64,000 nt of DNA, taken from positions 448-64,447 of the forward strand of contig CAZLSZ010000004.1 in NCBI GenBank assembly GCA_964562445.1, read 5' to 3'. Of this stretch, positions 45,517 through 56,039 are shown in pieces. The translations under genes and the position numbers were made by a program. Origin of the DNA: an uncultured Gammaproteobacteria bacterium (GTDB lineage: Bacteria > Patescibacteriota > Microgenomatia > Levybacterales > UBA12049). The notes beneath the pieces were generated by a model that made no database searches, was not told the DNA's origin, and saw nothing but the letters and a program-made list of their open reading frames with translations. The stretch's first letter is position 1. Every line of letters begins with the position of its first letter.

Positions 45517-46707
45517 ATGGAACGATCCCGACGAAGAAGATCATCACGAAGAAAAGTCCGGACAGCATTGTTGCTGTTTTTACTCCTACTCCTTGGCGTG
45601 GGGTTATTGAAATTCGGACATTATATTCCTATCCTTTTCGGTTTATTTTCTAAAGATGAGATAAAATTACAACGACAGACGCCTGATAAGAAAATTAATC
45701 TTCTTCTCCTCGGTGTCGGTGGTGGCAGGCATGATGGTCCGAATTTGACGGATACTATTATCTTCGCGCATATTGATCCTACCGCCCAGAAAGTTACCCT
45801 TGCTTCAATTCCACGAGACTTATGGGTGCCAGAATTGGATGCCAAAATTAATAGCGCATATACCGATGCTGAAGACAAAAAACAGGGAAGTGGCTTGGCA
45901 TTTACTAAAGATATAGTGCAGAAAATAATTAATCAACAGATTGATTATGCTGTAAAAATTGATTTTCAGGGATTTGTGAAAGCTGTAGATATGGCAGGAG
46001 GATTGGACGTAAATGTTGAAAATACATTTGATGATTACGCGTATCCATTGTCCGGAAAAGAGGAAGACACGTGCGGATTATCTGAAGATCAGATTGCAAG
46101 CCTTTCTGCAGAGATTGCGAGCGGCAGCGCTACGGAGGGGGATTCATTCCCATGCAGGTATGAACACCTGCATTTTGATAAAGGAATGACACATATGGAT
46201 GGGGAAACCGCGCTTAAATTTGTAAGGTCTCGGCATTCCATGGGAAAGGAAGGATCGGATTTCGCGAGATCAAAACGGCAAGAGAAAGTAATTCAGGCAT
46301 TTAAAGATAAAATATTTTCACCCGGTACATTGATGAATCCTGTGAAGGTTATGAATTTGTTAACAATCCTGCAGGATAGTATCACAACGGATATCAAAGA
46401 AGAAGAATATGATGAGTTCGCGAGACTTGCGCAGAAAATGAAAGAGTCAAAGATCACGAGCGCTATTATCGATACAGGTGACGAAGCACAGGGAAGATTC
46501 GGATTATTAATTAATCCTCCGATCGGTCCGGAGTATAATAATGCTTGGGTGTTGTCTCCACGTTTGGGCAATGGTGATTATAAAGAAATACAGACATACA
46601 TCATGTGTACACTGAAAGAAACAGGGTGTTTGGTAGGAAAGACAGGTATTGTGACTCCCACACCAACTCCTACCGCATCTCCAAAACCATCAGGAAAAAG
46701 TAATTAA
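45517..46707 (+). CDS. LytR-CpsA-Psr (LCP) family cell-wall glycopolymer transferase with Pro/Thr-rich C-terminal tail
   Basis: The start is MERSRRRRS, 1 nt after the tpiA stop. A TM helix is followed by DTIIFAHIDP...LASIPRDLWV and the tail TPTPTPTASPKPSG. Confidence 0.75.
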   Translation: MERSRRRRSSRRKVRTALLLFLLLLLGVGLLKFGHYIPILFGLFSKDEIKLQRQTPDKKINLLLLGVGGGRHDGPNLTDTIIFAHIDPTAQKVTLASIPRDLWVPELDAKINSAYTDAEDKKQGSGLAFTKDIVQKIINQQIDYAVKIDFQGFVKAVDMAGGLDVNVENTFDDYAYPLSGKEEDTCGLSEDQIASLSAEIASGSATEGDSFPCRYEHLHFDKGMTHMDGETALKFVRSRHSMGKEGSDFARSKRQEKVIQAFKDKIFSPGTLMNPVKVMNLLTILQDSITTDIKEEEYDEFARLAQKMKESKITSAIIDTGDEAQGRFGLLINPPIGPEYNNAWVLSPRLGNGDYKEIQTYIMCTLKETGCLVGKTGIVTPTPTPTASPKPSGKSN

Positions 46708-49043
46708 TTGCTTATTTCTTCTTTAACTTTATATACTTTTGTGGTTCCGTTAACAAATACATCTTTACTCAGAGACTTAAATTTATCTTCGTTTATATCC
46801 GGATATTTCTGGTATTCCTGTACTCCTATAAAAACATATTTAATATTATATTTTTTCAAAAGTTTTTTTGTGAGTTCGATGTCCGATGATTCATAGAGGT
46901 TTTTGATTTCTTCAATTCGGGGGGATGGAATGCTATAACTGCCTCTCCACAGCCATTCATGAACAGTCCATCCGAGAACTGTGGGAAGTCCTGTATTAAC
47001 GGATACACGGCCGGTATCTGTGTAGGAATCACCTTGCGCTTCCAAAATAACTGGCTGTCCCTGTACATGCTTATTAAGCCATGTGATTGCCGCGTAATCT
47101 GACGGATAGAGATCCTTGAGGTATATTGTCCCATCGAGTCCCTGATAATGTTTAAAATCACCGTAATATGCTTTGACGGCAAGAACAGGATAGGTCATCA
47201 CGAGATATACTAATGCTGTGGTAATAAAAACATAGACAATTGCTATGAGTTTTTTCCCCCATGGTAGATCCACAATACCCCCGAATGATTTAAAGATGAT
47301 ATATCCTGTAGATATTGAGAGCATGATAAATGCTTGGAATACAAGTTTAAACATTGTATTTGCCCGATAATGAGCAGGGTAGATATCTTTGATATAGAAA
47401 AATTCCGGGATAATAATGAGTACTGTCCCCAAAATAATGAGCATCATAACAAAGATATCTGTTGTCGTACGTTTTGCAGCCTTGAACCACCATATAAGAT
47501 ACATACTGATAAAAAAATAAAAGAATCCATACAATGTAAGCAACTGCCACCATGGGGATCTTTGACAATGCTGCGGTTCAAAAAGAAATGGGCCGATATG
47601 TCCGATTTTTGTGAGAAAGTCGGGCATACAGAGTACGCCGATTCCTGAGACAAACGGTTTAAAGTGGATATTATATGGTGTCGTAAATACAAAAAATGCC
47701 GCAATTATAAGCAAGAAAGAAATGAAATAATCTCTTCCCCACGCAAGTTTCCACATTGGCGGCATAGAAAGCTTTTTCCTATTATCGGCTTTTTTTATAA
47801 CTGTTACCTCCTCTTCTTTTTTGATCATGTATTTTTTATATATCGGCACTAATTGTCCATGAAGAAAAAGAAGTACTAATCCAGCGAGTAACAAATAAAT
47901 TGCCCCGTCCCATGCATTGGTCATGTACATACATGCTAAAAGAAGGCCATAAAAAATAAGTATAAGAGGATTAATTTTAAATGTTTTATCAAGACTTGGC
48001 TCTTCTTCTGAAATTTTGATGGTAAACGATAAGCAGAGAGAAAGCGCTAAAGCGATTGCCAGGAGAACAAACGCGATATCAAGGACATGTCCATGCAGAT
48101 CTGCAACTACCCATGAATATATAGGAAATTCATGAATAGTGTTAAAAATAAATCTTGTCGCGTTTGGATACCAGTAGCTATTTGGAAAGGTGAGAGGCGA
48201 GTATATAAGTTCCCAAAAAGGCACAGGATTTTCTGTCTTATATGGTGTAAAAAAAGCATAGATGATATGCAGATTACCCGATAGGGTAACGAGCATAGCA
48301 GTTAAGACTCCTGATAATCCCAACCGGACATGATCAAGTATTTTGGAAGAATATTTTAATTCTTGGTGGAGACCGAAAAGTGTATGCCAGAAAGAATCAG
48401 TGAACGTTCTTCTTGCATAGTAAAATAAATTTGCTCCGATAGAGAATGCCTGCGTGAGGCAAAGAGCAAAAATAGTAGAAAGCATAAGATTAAATGTGAT
48501 TTGAGAAGGGAGAGCTGATAACTTGGTAAGCATTGCTGTGACAAGATGCCCAAAGTAATAATAATTAATGAGATGTGGTGTAAACCACATGTCTTTTGCG
48601 GGAAGATATTCGGAGCGGAGAAATGAATTGATGAAGCCGTAGTCCATATATTTTTCTAACCCATGGATGTCAGGCGCATATGCGTGAATATTTGCCCATA
48701 CCAGTATCGATGCAAGAAAAATGAGTTCTTCTACGATGAAAATAGACCAATAATTTTTGAGTGCATACCACACTTTCCATCTATTCGGAAGAAATCCATA
48801 AGATATGATACCGATAATTGCGATTACCGTCATTATAAATGGTGTTTTAAAAGGAATAATATGAAATGCTCCTAATGCAAAAATAATGTAGCCTGTAAGG
48901 AGCAAACTGATAGTTTTAGAAAAAATATAGCCTCTATCGAAGAATTTTTCGAAAAGCTGCACGGTGATAGGCAAAAAAACTATTCCCATTACAAATAAAA
49001 CAAACCACCATTGTAATGTCATGTAGATATCAGTTATATTCAT
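46704..49043 (-). CDS. Large polytopic membrane protein with YYY motif (Chlor_Arch_YYY/DUF2298-like, GT-C-like candidate)
   Basis: The 779-aa protein has at least 20 TM helices, INYYYFGHLV, and a C-terminal extracellular domain. Confidence 0.45.
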   Translation of the reverse strand: MNITDIYMTLQWWFVLFVMGIVFLPITVQLFEKFFDRGYIFSKTISLLLTGYIIFALGAFHIIPFKTPFIMTVIAIIGIISYGFLPNRWKVWYALKNYWSIFIVEELIFLASILVWANIHAYAPDIHGLEKYMDYGFINSFLRSEYLPAKDMWFTPHLINYYYFGHLVTAMLTKLSALPSQITFNLMLSTIFALCLTQAFSIGANLFYYARRTFTDSFWHTLFGLHQELKYSSKILDHVRLGLSGVLTAMLVTLSGNLHIIYAFFTPYKTENPVPFWELIYSPLTFPNSYWYPNATRFIFNTIHEFPIYSWVVADLHGHVLDIAFVLLAIALALSLCLSFTIKISEEEPSLDKTFKINPLILIFYGLLLACMYMTNAWDGAIYLLLAGLVLLFLHGQLVPIYKKYMIKKEEEVTVIKKADNRKKLSMPPMWKLAWGRDYFISFLLIIAAFFVFTTPYNIHFKPFVSGIGVLCMPDFLTKIGHIGPFLFEPQHCQRSPWWQLLTLYGFFYFFISMYLIWWFKAAKRTTTDIFVMMLIILGTVLIIIPEFFYIKDIYPAHYRANTMFKLVFQAFIMLSISTGYIIFKSFGGIVDLPWGKKLIAIVYVFITTALVYLVMTYPVLAVKAYYGDFKHYQGLDGTIYLKDLYPSDYAAITWLNKHVQGQPVILEAQGDSYTDTGRVSVNTGLPTVLGWTVHEWLWRGSYSIPSPRIEEIKNLYESSDIELTKKLLKKYNIKYVFIGVQEYQKYPDINEDKFKSLSKDVFVNGTTKVYKVKEEISN

Positions 49044-49603
49044 ATCTTTGCAAAAAGTTCAGTAAGATTATTTATCGGAATTACGTTTGCTCTCAATACA
49101 GGGTGCAATTTCAGATAATCTTTTTGAGCATCAGTTTTCAGCCAATAAAATGATGTTTTCGGATTATCTTTTGCGACGTACTGTAATAATGATAGATCAT
49201 CATCTATATACATATCCAGGTGTAATTTTTTTAATACAGTATTTTTAAAAACATGTGGTTGTTCATCATTATAATTAAAATACAATGTCTCAAAAATTGT
49301 ATCGAGTTTATGTTTTTTAATGAGATTATTTGTCGGTTGCTTAAGAAAACTATATCTGCTGGATATAAGGTACAATGTGTTCTTCTCTTTTGAAATTTTT
49401 TTTAGCGTTTCGAGATTTTTATGTATTGGGGGACGAAGAGGGGATATGTGTGTTATTCTCCTAAATATTTGTTCTGGTTTTGAAGGTATTCGATATAATA
49501 ATGTCCCGTTTGACTTTTTTTTGTATAATTTTTGGATTATACTTGTAGGGACAAGAGGCGGGGTATCAATAAATACTTTATCTAGGTCAAATCCTATGAG
49601 CAT
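49040..49603 (-). CDS. HAD-like hydrolase candidate
   Basis: The N-terminus MLIGFDLDKVF fits HAD motif I (DxDxV). The protein is 187 aa. Confidence 0.3.
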   Translation of the reverse strand: MLIGFDLDKVFIDTPPLVPTSIIQKLYKKKSNGTLLYRIPSKPEQIFRRITHISPLRPPIHKNLETLKKISKEKNTLYLISSRYSFLKQPTNNLIKKHKLDTIFETLYFNYNDEQPHVFKNTVLKKLHLDMYIDDDLSLLQYVAKDNPKTSFYWLKTDAQKDYLKLHPVLRANVIPINNLTELFAKI

Positions 49604-49620
49604 AGTATAATATATTTTAC

Positions 49621-50793
49621 ATGAAGAAAAAGATTTTGATAACCCTTACTTATTATTCGCCGCATCTGAGTGGTTTAACAATTGCCGCAAAAAATATTGC
49701 TGAGCTCCTTGCCGCAAATAATTATTCTGTGACTGTGTTGACAAGTCAGCACATAAAAACTTTGCCGGTACAAGAAATATATAATAATGTACGAATTCAT
49801 CGGATGCCATACCTCTTTCGATTGAGTAAAGGATTTATTTATAAATCTTTTTTGAAGAATGTTATTGGGGGAGTACGAAAAAATGATCATGTTTTGATCC
49901 ATCTTCCACAGGCAGAAGGAGTAATTATTGCAGTTATCGCAAAGTTATTGAGAAAGAAGCTGTATTGTTTTTATCATTGCAGTGTTGTTTTGGGTGGAAA
50001 TATTTTTGAAAATATAATTCAACACATATTACATATATGCAATAACATATCTCTGCAGCTTGCTGATACGATAATAGTAACTTCTGATGATTTTGCGCGT
50101 CATGATTCTCTTTTGAAAAAGTTCGTAAATAAAACCGTATCAGTATATCCTGTTATTAAAGAAAATGAAGTTATTACTGGAAAGAGAGATATGTTTAATA
50201 AGAAAATCGGAAAGGCGAAATATAAGATTGGATTTTTTGGTAGAATTGCCAGAGAAAAGGGGATAGAGTATTTATTGGATACCATACCTCATCTGCAAAA
50301 AAAGTTTGGTGATGATTTTGTTATTTTACTCGCAGGCGATGCAAGCTCTGTCGGTGAACAAGCATATGCAAAAAAAATTTTGCAAAAAGTACACGGCTCC
50401 AAAGGTTTTGCGTGGTACATAGGCGTATTGTCTGATGATGAGGTGGGGTTATTTTATCAAGCCCTTGATGTTTTGGTCGTTCCGAGTATAAATTCGACAG
50501 AGGCATTTGGGATGGTGCAGGTGGAAGCGATGCTATTAGGTGTTCCGGTTATCGTATCTGATTTACCCGGAGTAAGAGTGTGTGTGCAGCAAACGCATAT
50601 GGGAGAAATTGTTCCATTACGAAACAGTAAAGCGATAGCAGATGCTTGTATAAAAATACTTAAAAAACCAGATGCATATAGAAAAGCAAAACATGTTATT
50701 GAAGAGGAGTTTTCCGATAAAAAAATTCTTTCTGTATTTACTACTCTTTTTGCCTCTGAAAAATCATCACTTTTGGATGATCATAAACAGTAA
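49621..50793 (+). CDS. Glycosyltransferase family 1 (GT4-like)
   Basis: EAFGMVQVEAMLLGVPVIVSDLPG is the GT1 signature. Confidence 0.7.
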   Translation: MKKKILITLTYYSPHLSGLTIAAKNIAELLAANNYSVTVLTSQHIKTLPVQEIYNNVRIHRMPYLFRLSKGFIYKSFLKNVIGGVRKNDHVLIHLPQAEGVIIAVIAKLLRKKLYCFYHCSVVLGGNIFENIIQHILHICNNISLQLADTIIVTSDDFARHDSLLKKFVNKTVSVYPVIKENEVITGKRDMFNKKIGKAKYKIGFFGRIAREKGIEYLLDTIPHLQKKFGDDFVILLAGDASSVGEQAYAKKILQKVHGSKGFAWYIGVLSDDEVGLFYQALDVLVVPSINSTEAFGMVQVEAMLLGVPVIVSDLPGVRVCVQQTHMGEIVPLRNSKAIADACIKILKKPDAYRKAKHVIEEEFSDKKILSVFTTLFASEKSSLLDDHKQ

Positions 50794-52414
50794 ACGCTTC
50801 TTCTGCCCAGTCATCATTTATTGTAAGCGGTATACCCAGATATGCAAGAGACGGATATGATGTAAATTCTGCTACTTTTTTATATGCATTTTTTCCGGAT
50901 AATAAATTATCATAAAAAACTGTCATTTTGGGATACCTTTCCGGTACTGTCGGGATGCTGCCCCATGCTCTATTTGATGAAAGAATAATGTAGTCATTCT
51001 TTTCCAATTGCTCATTTATAATTGTCCATTTCTCTGCAGTATCAGGATCATATACTTTCAATTCATCCATCATAAATTGTTTTTGTATTTTGTAATTTCC
51101 GGGAAGAGGAAGAGCGTCATCCCAATGTTCATTTAATAATGTACTTCCATCTGGCAAAAATGTATGCATCCATTGGCTTGCGGTTGTACGTGTATGCGGC
51201 TTTGTATATATAGAATAAAACATAAGCGGCCATATAAGTACAAATAAGAGGAGTATTATTTGTATAAGTTTGTTCCCACGTTTTGTCAGTTCTATATATC
51301 CGATTGCAGCAAATATCGCAAAGAATGGATAGAGAAACAGAAAATATCGCATTGTCTTTGAGACCTGTGTCGATTGATAGATAAAGAAGAACACCATCCA
51401 TACAATGATACTGATAAAATCCCAATGCTTTTTTTTCATTATCGTCACAAGTATGCCGCATCCGGTAAGAGCAGCATAGAATATTCCTAACCCAAAGAAA
51501 ATAATATTGATAAGGGCAAACAGAATAGGGGGTTTATGTATCCATTGTACGCCGGGTGGGAACCATGCTTCAGGGTTGCTCCATGACTGCAGTGTTTTAA
51601 GATTATCCAAGAATAATTTGTTGGGGGTGATATCCAAAAAGTTTGCGTTTTGAAAAAGATACGGATCAGCAATTCGCGCAGCAATATATACGATAATACC
51701 AAAAAAGGAAAACATTTTTATTCTGTATAAAAGATGTTTCGTGAATTGTTTTTTTTCTTCGGTAAGCGGTTTAAAAAGAAATAATAATATGAGGGGAATA
51801 TAATAAATCGCGCTAATTTTACAACCTAATGCAAAACCGAAAAGTATTGCGCTAATAATGATATATCTTTTTTTTCGTAAATATGAATACAGTACAATAT
51901 AGTAGAAAGAAGAGAACGTAAAAAAATTGAGAAACGTATCTACAGCAAGGAAGTGCGATAGCTGAATTGGAAGAACAGCTATCGCATAGAAAAACGCACC
52001 CCAATATTTTATATTTCTTGATAAAGAATGTTTTTTTTCAAGTAATTTTAGTGTTTTGAAAATATAAAGGATCACAAGGCTATCAAATATCGCAGAGAGC
52101 ATTCTTCCTAGCAAGGTGAAATCAGCGTAGGTATCTGTCCCTGTATTCATTGCAATAATTTTTGTAATGACGATAGGGAATGTCCCGTATACGTAAAATG
52201 GATATCCGATATTTGCGGGATTAAATGTCGATGTCTGAGGATCCAGATATTGTCCAAATGTACTCATGGGTTTCATGGCAATGCCTACCATCGTGACAAA
52301 TCTTTCGTCAGGATGCAGATGATGTCCTTGGTCCCAATTTATATTTGAAAAGCGAAAGAAAAAAGCGATAAGAAATATACCGATGAGAAAAAATTTTGAT
52401 GCATGTTTGCGCAT
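50741..52414 (-). CDS. GT39/PMT_2-like (ArnT/protein O-mannosyltransferase-type) membrane glycosyltransferase
   Basis: HPDERF sits in the first extracytoplasmic loop. The protein is 557 aa with about 12 TM helices. Confidence 0.55.
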   Translation of the reverse strand: MRKHASKFFLIGIFLIAFFFRFSNINWDQGHHLHPDERFVTMVGIAMKPMSTFGQYLDPQTSTFNPANIGYPFYVYGTFPIVITKIIAMNTGTDTYADFTLLGRMLSAIFDSLVILYIFKTLKLLEKKHSLSRNIKYWGAFFYAIAVLPIQLSHFLAVDTFLNFFTFSSFYYIVLYSYLRKKRYIIISAILFGFALGCKISAIYYIPLILLFLFKPLTEEKKQFTKHLLYRIKMFSFFGIIVYIAARIADPYLFQNANFLDITPNKLFLDNLKTLQSWSNPEAWFPPGVQWIHKPPILFALINIIFFGLGIFYAALTGCGILVTIMKKKHWDFISIIVWMVFFFIYQSTQVSKTMRYFLFLYPFFAIFAAIGYIELTKRGNKLIQIILLLFVLIWPLMFYSIYTKPHTRTTASQWMHTFLPDGSTLLNEHWDDALPLPGNYKIQKQFMMDELKVYDPDTAEKWTIINEQLEKNDYIILSSNRAWGSIPTVPERYPKMTVFYDNLLSGKNAYKKVAEFTSYPSLAYLGIPLTINDDWAEEAFTVYDHPKVMIFQRQKE

Positions 52415-52434
52415 AATATTAGGATAGCATATCT

Positions 52435-54372
52435 TTATTTATCCGAACATACTTCTTCAACATTCACGAAATAACGATTGTGTTGGTAATTTTTTAGTAT
52501 AAATTTGTAACGTTTTCTCATTTGTGCATTCTCTCCTTCAAAGAAAACCACATAGTCGATAGTATTTTGTTTTGTTAACGCACAGAATGTGTTTTTATCG
52601 GCGCGATATATTTCTTGAGCAATATCCATACGTTGTTTTTTATCGATTCCGTCTGTGGGTAGGACGGCACTTCCTATAAATAATTTTCTTCCTGCAAGAT
52701 AGAATTGTTTTTCATCTTTTGATAATGTGACAGCATCACGTGGGATGGTTCTTTGAATTTCTTTTGCGTATGATGTTTGAGAGTAGTCTCCAAAGTATTT
52801 TGAAGGAACTGAATTTATGAAGGGCATGTGTTCTATAATTCCTGATATTGTCAGAAGGAATAGCAAAATATATCCGAGTAATTTTTTATGATTTTTAAAA
52901 CATAAAAATACTCCGTATGCTGTAACAATATTTACCAATATATTCATATTGAGGAGAAATTTATGATTTTCTCCTACTCCAGAAGCAAAAATTTGTAATG
53001 AATTAATAACGATGAAAATGGGAATTATTGCAAAGAAAAATATTTTTGCTAAATATTTATTGTTTTTGTAAATATAATATATGCTAATAGGAAATAAAAA
53101 TAATTTAATTCCATATGCAAATAAATAGAATGAAATCACAAAAATAATTCTTCCTATAAGCGAAGTATCTTTGGGATTACCAGAAAAATTAAAATTTATA
53201 ATGGGATATGAAGTAGTATCTTTTATAAATCCGCTATAGGTATGTATCGTATGAATAATCACCATATATTGCAATAAAAATATAATGAAAAAACCGGAGA
53301 ATAAATAAATTGTTTTTTTTCGATATGTATCAAAAAACAGAAGTAATCCAATGATCAGTAGTACATACATTGTGACGTATGTATGCCAGAAAAAGAAAAG
53401 ACCCATACCTACACCAATAAAAAATAATAGTTTATTTGATAATTGCCTTCTATTATAGATGATCCAAAAACTTAATAGTAAAAATATACTCCCCAGTAAA
53501 AGGTGTCTTTCTTCAATAAAGTAAAAAAGATTAAAGTATGTACCGTTGTAATGAAACGGACTATGTTGTATGTGCGATGCATACCAAGGATGTATATCAT
53601 TGGTAATGATATTAATGAATTGTAATGGTAGCGGTATGTCTCTGTTTTGTAAAAAATAATAAATAAAATGTCCGCTGCTTGATGTGACGCTTAGTAATAC
53701 TGCGATAAAACCGGTAATTTTTGATTTAAAATATTCGCTGCACGAACCCACAATTGTGGTAAGTAGAATGAAGAGAAAAAGAATACTGGGAATAGTTATT
53801 GCTTGGGCAATATTGAGTCCAACCGATTGATACATGGCCATGACAAAATCACCGAAAAAATGATAGAGCATGGGAATACCTGCGTATGCGCTATTTTCTG
53901 GAGGAAAGTTATCTCCTGCGACAAAACCCTGAATTATCTGCATGTGCCAATGATAGTCCCAATAAATAGGACTAGTATAAATTTTGTCTTGGAACAATTG
54001 TATATGCGGTGTAAATAAAAGATACGAGAAAAAAAAGTTGAAAAAAATAATAATAATATCTGCTTTTGTCAGTTTTTTTAGATGTTTATTTTTTTTTATT
54101 TGCATGAAGTAGTGGAGTAGTTCTTTATAAAATAACGTTAGTATTACAATGGTAAATACTAATGTGCTATATGTTGCTTTCTCGAGCACCGAGTATGTAT
54201 ATGGTTTTATAAAAAGGGCAATTAAAAATGTAATATTTGAAAAGAAAAAAATGCCTATAAACCATGCGAATGACATTTTTAGATAGATGCTTTTTATGTG
54301 TATTTTTATTTTCGTTAATATAATATAAGCGAGAAGTGTAGGGAGTAGCGTAATAAGAAAAGCGGTAAACAT
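52435..54372 (-). CDS. Polytopic membrane protein, GT-C-like candidate (paralog family A)
   Basis: The 645-aa protein has WDYHWHMQIIQG in its first loop, similar to the ORFs at 560-2053 and 60404-61627. Confidence 0.4.
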   Translation of the reverse strand: MFTAFLITLLPTLLAYIILTKIKIHIKSIYLKMSFAWFIGIFFFSNITFLIALFIKPYTYSVLEKATYSTLVFTIVILTLFYKELLHYFMQIKKNKHLKKLTKADIIIIFFNFFFSYLLFTPHIQLFQDKIYTSPIYWDYHWHMQIIQGFVAGDNFPPENSAYAGIPMLYHFFGDFVMAMYQSVGLNIAQAITIPSILFLFILLTTIVGSCSEYFKSKITGFIAVLLSVTSSSGHFIYYFLQNRDIPLPLQFINIITNDIHPWYASHIQHSPFHYNGTYFNLFYFIEERHLLLGSIFLLLSFWIIYNRRQLSNKLLFFIGVGMGLFFFWHTYVTMYVLLIIGLLLFFDTYRKKTIYLFSGFFIIFLLQYMVIIHTIHTYSGFIKDTTSYPIINFNFSGNPKDTSLIGRIIFVISFYLFAYGIKLFLFPISIYYIYKNNKYLAKIFFFAIIPIFIVINSLQIFASGVGENHKFLLNMNILVNIVTAYGVFLCFKNHKKLLGYILLFLLTISGIIEHMPFINSVPSKYFGDYSQTSYAKEIQRTIPRDAVTLSKDEKQFYLAGRKLFIGSAVLPTDGIDKKQRMDIAQEIYRADKNTFCALTKQNTIDYVVFFEGENAQMRKRYKFILKNYQHNRYFVNVEEVCSDK

Positions 54373-54401
54373 ATATAATTTATCTGATCGTTAATCAAAC
54401 C

Positions 54402-56039
54402 TCAAAAAGATTTTTTAAATATCATTACGGTAGGTCTGTCAAAAACTGAGGTTGTTTGTTCATATCTGTAAATAGGATCTCCAAGGTATGTAATTTTACA
54501 GAATATGTTACATGGTGTTTCATATATCTTTTGAAAAGACGACTTATTCTCCACAAGTTTTAAGTAGATATCATTCCCGATAGGAAAACGGTTTTTATTT
54601 TTTATTCGTGTCTGTAGCACTCGTTGACTCGGGAGAATAACATAATCCGAGTCAACGAGTGCTTTCTCCCATGATTGTTTATTAAATTCATCCGATGATG
54701 CATCCAGATCATATGTATTAAAAAGTGTGATTGTTTTATATTTTGTATTAAATGGTGTTATACCCAGATCATACATTTCAGAAAGAATACGCGCATTGTC
54801 AGGTATTATTTTTGTAGCATACGCATATGCAGCAAGACGTGTATCCGGCATGACAAATGCAGTTATAAAATAAGAAAATGCGAAAAGGAAATTTACTCCA
54901 AAGAGAATAACTATCCATAATGCGTGTTTGAGAAACATGTATTTCTTTTTTGCATGAGAGTATGCAAGAGCGAGGATGAGAAAAAGGAAGGGAAGGGTCG
55001 GTATCATGTTTCTGGTCCATTTAATAAAAAGAAATGCTTGTGAAAGAAAGAGAATAAAAAAGAAACTTAGTAATAAAAAGTATTGCATATTGCGTTTTTT
55101 CATCAAAACAAAAAGAAAATAGATTATTCCCATCCCCCCCACAATAGTCATCAGAGGATTAATAATGAAAGGGAATATATGTGTGAGTTGATATAAAACG
55201 GGAATCGTATCATAAAATCCTTGAGTATAAAAAACCGGAAGCGTGTTTAGCCCGACACTTGTTTCATAATCCATGCTTGCTTTAAATGCAGGGGTATCAA
55301 TAAAGACATACGGATTTGTCGCCGTATAGATTATAGAAATTATACATGCTGAGATGAGAAAGAGAAAAAAAATTCGGAATGTTTTTTTCATAACACTTTC
55401 TTTTTTCAATAAGTGAACGCCATACGTGATAAATGGGAGTGGGAATAAAACGAGAGTTGTAATTTTTATGGAGAATAATATTCCTAGGATAAAGGATGCA
55501 TACACAAAAAAGCGAAGGGAATTGTATTCTGTTATTTTGATACAACACCAAAAAAGTATTGCGCTGAAAAAAGTTAGCCACATTTCAAATGTCCCGAAAT
55601 GTGCAAATTGGATTACCCCGGGACTGAATGTCATAAACGCAGCTGCAATTATTCCTGTTTTTTTGTTATGAAGTTTTTCTCCAAGAATATAAATCAACGG
55701 TATAAGTGCTGTCGCAAAAAGCGCGGAAAAAATTCTACTGATTATAATCGCTTGTGAGAAAGGAACGTGATACGAAGTGTCTCCGGAGCTTATATAGTTC
55801 CACACAACACCGGTGAAATAAATTATATAAATAGGAAGCGAGCCATAGGCAAAAAAATGAGGATTCATTTCTGCGGAAAATTGTAATTGCGCGACTGAAG
55901 AAGCGATGTTTCGTTCGTCAGGATGGAAATAGAAAGGCGCTCCCCAGTTCAGGTTAAAAAAATGGAAAAGTATACTGATAAATAGCAAAAAAAAGAGGAT
56001 ATAACGGGTGTTGATAATAATTTGAGCAGTTTTTTTCAT
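54402..56039 (-). CDS. GT39/PMT_2-like membrane glycosyltransferase
   Basis: HPDERNIASSV sits in the first loop. The start MKKTAQ at 56039 overlaps the upstream stop in an ATGA. Confidence 0.5.
   Translation of the reverse strand: MKKTAQIIINTRYILFFLLFISILFHFFNLNWGAPFYFHPDERNIASSVAQLQFSAEMNPHFFAYGSLPIYIIYFTGVVWNYISSGDTSYHVPFSQAIIISRIFSALFATALIPLIYILGEKLHNKKTGIIAAAFMTFSPGVIQFAHFGTFEMWLTFFSAILFWCCIKITEYNSLRFFVYASFILGILFSIKITTLVLFPLPFITYGVHLLKKESVMKKTFRIFFLFLISACIISIIYTATNPYVFIDTPAFKASMDYETSVGLNTLPVFYTQGFYDTIPVLYQLTHIFPFIINPLMTIVGGMGIIYFLFVLMKKRNMQYFLLLSFFFILFLSQAFLFIKWTRNMIPTLPFLFLILALAYSHAKKKYMFLKHALWIVILFGVNFLFAFSYFITAFVMPDTRLAAYAYATKIIPDNARILSEMYDLGITPFNTKYKTITLFNTYDLDASSDEFNKQSWEKALVDSDYVILPSQRVLQTRIKNKNRFPIGNDIYLKLVENKSSFQKIYETPCNIFCKITYLGDPIYRYEQTTSVFDRPTVMIFKKSF

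Noticed and set aside
52435-54372. WDYHWH as an STT3/PglB WWDYG oligosaccharyltransferase motif
   Set aside because: In STT3/PglB the WWDYG motif lies in the C-terminal periplasmic domain, not after TM helix 4. The similarity is better explained by the paralog first-loop motif.
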